DNA of 24,000 nt from Trichormus sp. ATA11-4-KO1 (GTDB lineage Bacteria; Cyanobacteriota; Cyanobacteriia; Cyanobacteriales; Nostocaceae). Below, in pieces: positions 17,051 to 24,000 of this stretch. Below the pieces are notes generated by a model that saw only the letters and a list, made by a program, of their open reading frames with translations, was not told the origin of the DNA and did not search any database. The stretch is taken from the NCBI GenBank assembly GCA_019358915.1, contig JAHHIM010000003.1, forward strand, positions 5,007 through 29,006, in the 5' to 3' direction. The stretch's first letter is position 1; the number at the start of each line of letters is the position of its first letter. The position numbers and the translations under genes were made by a program.

Positions 17051-20000
17051 TTAAACTTGATTAATAGGGGAAATCGGGATTTCAATCCAAAATTCTGTGC
17101 CTGAACCTGGTTGAGAATTACATTGAAAAATACCGTGGTGCTTCTCCACTACAATTTGGTAACTAATTGATAACCCTAAACCAGTACCTTTGCCTACAGG
17201 TTTGGTAGTGAAAAATGGGTCAAAAACTCTTTTCCTGACAACTTCGGGGATACCACTTCCATTGTCGGCAATGCGAATAATAACACTTTTAACTTTGTTG
17301 TTCAGTTCACCAATACTAGTATGAATGGTAATTTGATGAACATGAGTTGCTGATTGCGACTCCCTTTTATTTTCTATCGCATCGATCGCATTGCTTAAAA
17401 CATTCATAAATACTTGATTCATTTGTCCGGCATAGCACTCTACCAATGGTAAATCAGCGTATTCTTTGACTACGTAAATACCGGGATTGTCTGATTGTGC
17501 CTTCAAACGATGCTGTAAAATCAGCAAGGTACTATCAATGCCTTCGTGAATATTCACAGCTTTCATTTCCGCTTCATCCAGACGCGAGAAATTCCGTAAA
17601 GACATCACAATCTGCCGGATGCGATCAACCCCAATCTTCATAGAAGATAAAGTCTTGGGCAAATCTTCGGCCACAAATTCTAAGTCCATCTCTTCCGCCC
17701 GCTCAATAATCTCCAGACTTGGACTAGGACAATGCTGCTGATAAAGAGCTACCATACTTGCTAAATCTTCAGCATATTCACTTACATGAGCTAGGTTACC
17801 ATAGATAAAATTCACTGGGTTGTTGATTTCGTGAGCAACACCTGCAACCAGTTGACCCAAACTAGACATTTTCTCAGTCTGGATCAGTTGGGTTTGAGTT
17901 TGTTGTAAATTTTGCATAGCTTGTACTAGCTGATCTGCCTGTTCCTTGCTCTGCTTTAGCAGTTCAGCTTGTTGCAGTGCTACCCCCAACTGATTAGCAA
18001 TTTGAGCAATGAACTTAATTTCTGAGGCTTCCCAGTAGCGGGGTGTAGAGTTTTGATAAGCCGCCAACAAACCCCAAAGTTTTTGCCCAATAAAAATTGG
18101 CGCGATCGCATAAGCTTTTACTTGACATTTCTCCAGAAATGCAACATGACATTGAGAGTGACCAGCCTGATATATATCATTTACGGCAAAGGTTTGATTG
18201 TGGCGATATCTTCCGCCTTGAGTTTCCTGTAAATAAGAATCTTGCCAAACTGTATTAACCTCTAAACCTACCAATTTCACCCAGCCCTCAACGACAAACT
18301 CAGCGACAAACTCACCACTCCAATCGGGGTGAAAGCGGTAAACAGCCACGCGATCTGCTTGCAGAGATTTACAAATTTCCTGAGTAGTAGTTTGAAAAAT
18401 AGCATTTAAATCTAGAGATTCCCTAATTTTTGCCACAACTTCAAACAATACCCGTTGTCGTTCTGCCGACTGGCGCAAATTTAATGCCTGTTGCTGTGTT
18501 TGTGCAAGTAGTTCAGCTTGTTGGAGTGCTACCCCAAGTTGGGCTGCAACTTGACTGAGGAAGTTAACTTCAGAGGTTTGCCATTGGCGGCTACCAGAGT
18601 GTTGATAAGTTGCTAGCAAGCCCCAAAGTCTCTGCCCTACAAAAATAGGAGCAAGCACAAAAGCATGAATATGAAACTCTTCGAGATTCTCGATATGACA
18701 CTGTGTGAACCCCATTTTGTAGATGTCATCCACTGCAAATGTTTCGTTGTAGCGGTAGCGTCCTCCTTCTGAATCTTGTAGGTAAGTGTCATTCCAAACC
18801 AAATTAATTCCTAGTTTGGACTCACTTAACCAATATGGACTTGCAGCCTCAAAATCGCCGACAAATTCACCACCCCAATCAGCACTGAAGCGATAAATAG
18901 AAACCCGATCAGCTTTGATTAATTGACAAACTTCTTTGGTGGTGATTTGAAAAATGGTATTCGTGTCCAAAGATTCCCGAATTTTGGCAATCACTCCAAA
19001 TACGGCTTGTTGTTGTTCAGATGTCCGTTGCAGTTCAAGTGTGCGTTTTTTCACTTGATGTTCTAAGTTGGCATTAAAGGCCTGTACCTGTTGGTATAGT
19101 TCATATTGTTGAATGGCCGATGCAAAATGGTTGCCGATTTCTCTAGCCAGTTCAATCTCTGCAACTGTCCATTTTTGAGCTTGTGCTTTTTTAGATTCCC
19201 GCCACACCTCAAACGATAAACGGGGATATACTTGCCTTTGGTCGAGGTCAAATTGACCAGCCCACAAAGTTTCTGTATCTATTTCGTTGCGGAAAATACT
19301 TAAATAGCCCACTAATTGCTGACGGTACTGGAGTGGGATCATCAAGATGCTGCGAATTTTAGTTGCTTGGAAGGCAGCTTGTAAACTTCGCATTCCTGGA
19401 GTTTGATATATATCGGAAATTGCCCAAACATCTTCACTAGATTTGTAATGTTCCTGCCAGACATTGTATTGTTCCATCAGTGGATATATGTTTTGTGCTG
19501 GCATTACAGGCTGCTGTCCGCAGGTATAAACCTGGATACAATCGCTCCCTGGTATCAAACATTCTGTTAAGCTTGTAACTTTGCCGTGATGGTAATCAAA
19601 AGCTTCATTTCTGATGCAAAGCCTGCCACCACAACCATCAAAGGCAGCAACAGCTGCTTCTAAAGCTGGCTGTAAGACAATTGTTGGCAGTGAATGCAGT
19701 AAAGCAGAAATACGGTTAATAATAGTTTCTCGTTTTGCTTGTTCACGAGCTTGAGTTAACAGGGTACTTTGCGCGATCGCGATCGACAGTTGATCTACTA
19801 CCATCTGCACCGCTTCTAATTCATATTCTGAAATCTCACGTGATTCAGAATTGTGAGATACTAACAAACCCCAAAGTTTATCTTGATATAAGATAGGCGC
19901 TACTAAAGAAGATTTAACCCCCATTGCCGTTAAGTATTCTACATGGCACGGATCTACAGGACGATAGCGGATATCCTCTGATAAAATCTCTCCATTTTCC

Positions 20001-20359
20001 AACTCGTGTAGGGGACTTTGACCAATCTGCTGCGTTTCCACATTGACAACAGAGCGCACCCTTGATTTAATAAACAATTCACGGGCGTAGGGTGGAATGT
20101 CATCAGCCGGAAAGTTTAGCCCCAGCAATGATGGTAATCGGTTCTCATGAATCGACTCACCTATAACTTGACCACTACCATCGGCATGAAATTGATAAAT
20201 CATTACTCGGTCAGTTCCTAATAATGAACAGACTTCTGCCGTCGTTGCTGTGATAATTTCTTCTAGTTCTAATGTTTGACGGATACGATTTGTAATGCGG
20301 CGCAATACACTTTCTTGGTTAATACTTTCCCGCAAATTTGGTTTAGCGATCGGTGACAT
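17051..20359 (-). CDS. Multi-GAF sensor histidine kinase (phytochrome/cyanobacteriochrome-like GAFs, HisKA, HATPase_c)
   Basis: 1102 aa; four GAF-like regions. Three carry a Cys-His pair at the bilin-Cys position ([30 protein letters not shown]). His[24 protein letters not shown] and HATPase N/G boxes ([34 protein letters not shown]). Confidence 0.93.
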   Translation of the reverse strand: MSPIAKPNLRESINQESVLRRITNRIRQTLELEEIITATTAEVCSLLGTDRVMIYQFHADGSGQVIGESIHENRLPSLLGLNFPADDIPPYARELFIKSRVRSVVNVETQQIGQSPLHELENGEILSEDIRYRPVDPCHVEYLTAMGVKSSLVAPILYQDKLWGLLVSHNSESREISEYELEAVQMVVDQLSIAIAQSTLLTQAREQAKRETIINRISALLHSLPTIVLQPALEAAVAAFDGCGGRLCIRNEAFDYHHGKVTSLTECLIPGSDCIQVYTCGQQPVMPAQNIYPLMEQYNVWQEHYKSSEDVWAISDIYQTPGMRSLQAAFQATKIRSILMIPLQYRQQLVGYLSIFRNEIDTETLWAGQFDLDQRQVYPRLSFEVWRESKKAQAQKWTVAEIELAREIGNHFASAIQQYELYQQVQAFNANLEHQVKKRTLELQRTSEQQQAVFGVIAKIRESLDTNTIFQITTKEVCQLIKADRVSIYRFSADWGGEFVGDFEAASPYWLSESKLGINLVWNDTYLQDSEGGRYRYNETFAVDDIYKMGFTQCHIENLEEFHIHAFVLAPIFVGQRLWGLLATYQHSGSRQWQTSEVNFLSQVAAQLGVALQQAELLAQTQQQALNLRQSAERQRVLFEVVAKIRESLDLNAIFQTTTQEICKSLQADRVAVYRFHPDWSGEFVAEFVVEGWVKLVGLEVNTVWQDSYLQETQGGRYRHNQTFAVNDIYQAGHSQCHVAFLEKCQVKAYAIAPIFIGQKLWGLLAAYQNSTPRYWEASEIKFIAQIANQLGVALQQAELLKQSKEQADQLVQAMQNLQQTQTQLIQTEKMSSLGQLVAGVAHEINNPVNFIYGNLAHVSEYAEDLASMVALYQQHCPSPSLEIIERAEEMDLEFVAEDLPKTLSSMKIGVDRIRQIVMSLRNFSRLDEAEMKAVNIHEGIDSTLLILQHRLKAQSDNPGIYVVKEYADLPLVECYAGQMNQVFMNVLSNAIDAIENKRESQSATHVHQITIHTSIGELNNKVKSVIIRIADNGSGIPEVVRKRVFDPFFTTKPVGKGTGLGLSISYQIVVEKHHGIFQCNSQPGSGTEFWIEIPISPINQV

Positions 20360-20682
20360 TGCTGTTAATTAAATAAGTTTCCAAAAAATTAATAATGAGA
20401 CAACCATAAAGCTAAAAACATTCTGGAATTTATTTAATAGCTTTGTCCACAGTGTAACTACGGGCAAAATAGTTATAATAAGATTTATTTTTTAATAAAA
20501 GCTTACATTTTAAAGTAAAAAATAAGTTATTGCTAAGAGAAAGTATTTTTTTGATAAATTCTTGTCTAAAATATAAAAACCCAATTGACACATCAGGAGA
20601 TAATTAAAGTCAAAAGTAGAGATTTTCTGCTTACCTAGTCTCCACTTTTGACTATTTATTTGTGTGGAACCTATCAGCAAAA

Positions 20683-21870
20683 TTAAACTTTTACATTGTC
20701 AGTAAAGCGAATTTTTAGATAGTCTTCTTCCATCTTTGCTCCCCCTGGTTGTAGTGCTGCCAATGCTTGTGGCAATACTAAATTACGGCGATGGTTGCCA
20801 ATAGTGATATTTAATTCGTCACCAGTTTTACTCAGTTGAATTTGGTTTTTGGGAATTCCAGGTAAGTAAATTTCCAAACTATATTGGTTTTGCACTTGTA
20901 CAACTCTCATAGTTGTTTCTTTGTAATATACCTGAGTTGGATCTTCATCTTTGTAGAGAGTTTCTTTCAGACGTTCTAAGGCGGCTAAACCGCACATCTC
21001 CTCAGAAAAAAGTGGCACTTCTTTTACAGGCAGAGGCAGAAAGTTGTCATGTATTTCTTGCCGATATTGCTGCTGGCTTTCCTTCCACCGTTGGAAAAAG
21101 GGGTCTTGTACTTCTTGGGGAATAATGCGATTAGCTATCACTAAGTCTGTTGCCACATTATATAAACTCAGATAAGCATGGGCGCGGAGAGATTCTTTAA
21201 TCACCATCTTTTCCGGATTGGTGACGAGGCGCACTGAGGTTTGAGTATTGTCAGTTAATACTTTTTCCAGAGCTTCAATTTGTTCATAAAACTCGTAAGG
21301 TGCATCCATCACCTCTTTATCTGGTAGAGAAAAACCGGCAATTGGTTTAAAAAAAGGTTCAACCAAAGGTCGAAGTGCTACCGAAATATTTTGAAATGGC
21401 TTGTAAAAACGCCGCATGTACCAGCCACCGACTTCTGGTAAACTCAACAGACGTAATGCTGTACCGGTAGGAGCCGAGTCGATAATCAAAACATCAAATT
21501 CGCCTTCGTCGTAGTGGCGTTTCATTCTTACCAAGCCAAAAATTTCATCCATGCCTGGTAAGATGGCTAATTCTTCTGCTTGAACTCCTTCTAACCCCCT
21601 TGCTTGTAAAACTTGGGTGATGTAACGCTTCACAGCACCCCAATTTCCCTCTAGTTCTTGCAGCGCATCGAGTTCTGCACCCCACAAATTGGAGCGAATT
21701 TCTTGCGGTGCGTGTCCCATTTCTAAGTCAAAACTGTCTGCCAAAGAGTGAGCGGGGTCTGTACTTAAAACAAGTGTGCGGTACCCTAGTTCCGCACAAC
21801 GAAGTCCAGTGGCGGCAGCAACGGAGGTTTTGCCTACCCCGCCTTTGCCTGTCATTAAAATTACACGCAT
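20683..21870 (-). CDS. ArsA/Get3-family P-loop ATPase with C-terminal ArsA_HSP20 (small-heat-shock-like) domain
   Basis: 395 aa; [47 protein letters not shown]; C-terminus [47 protein letters not shown] resembles an alpha-crystallin fold. Confidence 0.93.
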   Translation of the reverse strand: MRVILMTGKGGVGKTSVAAATGLRCAELGYRTLVLSTDPAHSLADSFDLEMGHAPQEIRSNLWGAELDALQELEGNWGAVKRYITQVLQARGLEGVQAEELAILPGMDEIFGLVRMKRHYDEGEFDVLIIDSAPTGTALRLLSLPEVGGWYMRRFYKPFQNISVALRPLVEPFFKPIAGFSLPDKEVMDAPYEFYEQIEALEKVLTDNTQTSVRLVTNPEKMVIKESLRAHAYLSLYNVATDLVIANRIIPQEVQDPFFQRWKESQQQYRQEIHDNFLPLPVKEVPLFSEEMCGLAALERLKETLYKDEDPTQVYYKETTMRVVQVQNQYSLEIYLPGIPKNQIQLSKTGDELNITIGNHRRNLVLPQALAALQPGGAKMEEDYLKIRFTDNVKV

Positions 21871-22192
21871 GGATGATTACGTCCTGTCTCAGGATTATTT
21901 ACATTTATTTACATTATCAACTGTTTAAAGAAAATAAATGCTGTTTTAGCACATCTAGTGGACTGATAGGACTAAATTGATGCATGATGATTGTCTTGTG
22001 GGGTCAGACTTGGTTTCATTACTTGACGTACAGCCTGGCGGCATCCAGAGGCTCTATTATCAATTACGAATTATGTTGACTCCAATGGCATTTTGCCTAC
22101 CCCACAAGAATTATGTGCAACTTAGATGTGCAAACAAAATATAAATTAGCTCATATCCCTTGCTAGGCAAGAAAGACAGCCGCCTCTCATAA

Positions 22193-22231
22193 AAAAGCCC
22201 CTATTGCCTTGTACAAGGCATTATAGGGGAA
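22193..22231 (-). terminator. Rho-independent terminator-like hairpin read on the minus strand
   Basis: Minus strand reads CCCCTATAATGCCTTG-TA-CAAGGCAATAGGGG-C-TTTTTT. Stem of CCCCTAT/ATAGGGG plus GCCTTG/CAAGGC, followed by a U-run. Confidence 0.65.
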
Positions 22232-22277
22232 GTTGCTACGGTGCAAATTTTATAAATTACTAGAGTGAATCAACAGC

Positions 22278-23465
22278 ATGAAATCGCTATCTGTCTCAAA
22301 AGCAAAATTTTTTTGGCTATATTTTGCATGTTGTTGTTTTTTGTGCATTACTACTTTGGTATGGCTGCCAGTATCTGCAATTACTGCACCATCAATTGAT
22401 ACCTTGAGGCAACAGCAGCAACAAATTAACCAAGAGCGTGAAAATGCCATTCAGCAGCGCGATCGCTTGACTAATTTACAAAAAGCAGCACAGCAACGCC
22501 TGACTGGAATCAACCAAAATCTACAAACTACAAACACCCAGATTCAAGACAGTGAACTTCGATTACGCCTTGCTACCGAACGCCTACAACAGTTGGAAGC
22601 TGACTTAACTGTAGCGGAAAATTCCTATGAAGCACGGCGAATCGCCACAGTAGCCAGATTGCAATATCTTCAGCGATCATCTGCTTCTCAAGGATGGGCA
22701 GTTTTACTCCAAAGCCAAAATATCAGTGACTTTATCAGCCGCCGTCATCAATTAAAGTTAGTATATCAAGCCGACCAAAAGATTTTGGCAAAACTCAACA
22801 CCCAAGCGAATCAAATCAATCAACAAAAAACAGATGTAGAACAGCAAAAAAACGAAATTGCTTTAATTCGTCAAGAACTGCTAGCACAAAAAGCCGACTA
22901 TCAAATTCAAGCGCAGTCACAGTCAGAATTGATTACACGTTTAAATAGCGATCGCTTAGCTTTGGAAGCCGCACAAAACCAGCTAGATAAAGATTCCCAA
23001 AATTTAGAAGTTTTAATTCAACAAAAAGTAGCAGCAGCGCAAGCCAAAGCCAACAGCCAGACAAACATTTTGCTGCGGGGAACGGGGATACTAGCTTTTC
23101 CCAGCGATGCTCGCACTAGCAGCGCCTTTGGTTGGCGCACACATCCCATCTTAGGGTATCGCCGCTTTCATTCAGGCTTAGATTTTGCTGCTAGTTATGG
23201 CAGTAGAATTAGGGCAGCCGATTCCGGAACCGTAATTTTTGCCGGGTGGTACGGTGGTTATGGCAGAACCGTAATTATTAACCACGGTAAAAGCATGACT
23301 ACCTTGTACGCCCACGCCAGCGAATTGTATGTTACTGAAGGACAATCTGTAGAAAGAGGACAAGCGATCGCATCTGTAGGTTCTACAGGTTTATCTACAG
23401 GGCCACATCTGCATTTTGAAGTACGTCGCAACGGTACACCCGTAAACCCTGCTGACTTTTTATAA
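22278..23465 (+). CDS. Murein hydrolase activator, EnvC-like coiled coil plus M23 (LytM) peptidase domain
   Basis: 395 aa; signal peptide/TM, long Gln-rich coiled coil, then GWRTHPILGYRRFHSGLDFAASYGSRIRAADSGTV...GSTGLSTGPHLHFEVRRNG with intact HxxxD and HLH motifs. Confidence 0.93.
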   Translation: MKSLSVSKAKFFWLYFACCCFLCITTLVWLPVSAITAPSIDTLRQQQQQINQERENAIQQRDRLTNLQKAAQQRLTGINQNLQTTNTQIQDSELRLRLATERLQQLEADLTVAENSYEARRIATVARLQYLQRSSASQGWAVLLQSQNISDFISRRHQLKLVYQADQKILAKLNTQANQINQQKTDVEQQKNEIALIRQELLAQKADYQIQAQSQSELITRLNSDRLALEAAQNQLDKDSQNLEVLIQQKVAAAQAKANSQTNILLRGTGILAFPSDARTSSAFGWRTHPILGYRRFHSGLDFAASYGSRIRAADSGTVIFAGWYGGYGRTVIINHGKSMTTLYAHASELYVTEGQSVERGQAIASVGSTGLSTGPHLHFEVRRNGTPVNPADFL

Positions 23466-23490
23466 AACGTGCTATAATCGACCAGTACTA

Positions 23491-23563
23491 GGGCGCGTGG
23501 CTCAGTGGATAGAGCAACAGATTCCGGTTCTGTGGGTCGGGGGTTCAAATCCCTCCGCGCTCG
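23491..23563 (+). tRNA. tRNA-Arg (anticodon CCG at 23524-23526)
   Basis: Cloverleaf checked by hand: acceptor GGGCGCG/CGCGCTC, anticodon stem ACAGA-TTCCGGT-TCTGT, T arm GGGGG-TTCAAAT-CCCTC, discriminator G, no encoded CCA; followed by a T-run. Upstream TATAAT at 23473-23478. Confidence 0.95.
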
Positions 23564-23645
23564 TTTTTTTAATTAACTAATTATTTGACTGTAAGCATTT
23601 ACTGTGAGCAAGAATATACGGTTAGAAACAACGAAGTTCAGCAGC

Positions 23646-24000
23646 TCAACCTGCAATTAAATTCCAAAAGTAGCCATCCGGTGCAACAAAGGAAAAACTC
23701 TTTTCTCGAAACTCATTTTCGATGGTTTTGGTATACTTCTGCGCCAAGCTTGCCTTGATGCGATCGCCATATTCCTGTATGCTCCGCACGTGGTATGTAT
23801 AAAGTGACATACCCAAGCACCCTGGTTGCGATGCCTCAAACCGTGACTCTAAATTGATAGCTTCGGGAAAGCGAATTATATATAATCTGCCACTACGTGC
23901 AGCCATCAAGTCAGTCGCGGAGGAACGAGGGTCGTCAAAAGCAGTGACAATAAATTTTTCTCCTGGCTTGAGGTCAAACATTTCTCGGCCTGCTGGTGAA
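23646..24000 (-). CDS. Conserved-type hypothetical protein; frame remains open to the window edge so the true start may lie outside
   Basis: At least 111 codons (MFDLKPGEKFIVTAFDDPRSSATDLMAARSG...); codons upstream of the Met at 23981 (SPAGRE) have no stop. Confidence 0.6.
   Translation of the reverse strand, partial: SPAGREMFDLKPGEKFIVTAFDDPRSSATDLMAARSGRLYIIRFPEAINLESRFEASQPGCLGMSLYTYHVRSIQEYGDRIKASLAQKYTKTIENEFREKSFSFVAPDGYFWNLIAG

Noticed and set aside
23258-23548. 96-aa and 61-aa minus-strand ORFs over the M23 domain and tRNA
   Set aside because: Antisense to the peptidase domain; the first also runs through the tRNA-Arg gene.
23491-24000. tRNA-Arg as a genomic-island attachment site
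   Set aside because: No integrase gene, and no partial duplication of the tRNA 3' end visible within the window; cannot be supported without flanking sequence.
1-24000. CRISPR arrays, IS elements, prophage genes, defence or biosynthetic clusters
   Set aside because: No regularly spaced direct repeats, transposase, integrase, Cas, restriction-modification or NRPS/PKS-type reading frames were seen.

Overview
Chromosomal window from a filamentous, Nostoc/Anabaena-like cyanobacterium. This assignment is inferred from about 20 HIP1 (GCGATCGC) sites, the gene content and the repeat style. On the minus strand at the left edge there is a truncated catalase gene that the ORF track misses. The window then carries a small exported protein, a GPH/MFS sugar:cation symporter, a phosphoribosyltransferase, an AEC-family carrier and a VanY-like D,D-carboxypeptidase. 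Next is a cytochrome-P460-like/exported beta-propeller gene pair divergent from a TetR regulator, then an ExbB/ExbD pair, alaS, an HMA metal-binding protein, a GGDEF protein, dnaN, a four-GAF histidine kinase, an ArsA/Get3 ATPase with a C-terminal Hsp20-like domain, an M23 murein hydrolase and tRNA-Arg(CCG). No phage, CRISPR, transposon or obvious novel defence system was found. The most notable non-coding signals are: (1) a dense DnaA-box cluster upstream of dnaN (15608-15759), a candidate oriC; (2) a perfect 13-bp inverted repeat between the TetR gene and its divergent neighbour, with a second degenerate copy over the tetR start codon; (3) a two-state hairpin element at 16982-17030; (4) orphan terminator-like hairpins at about 1022-1057 (+) and 22193-22231 (-) that suggest unannotated small RNAs; (5) a pseudo-receiver fused to GGDEF.
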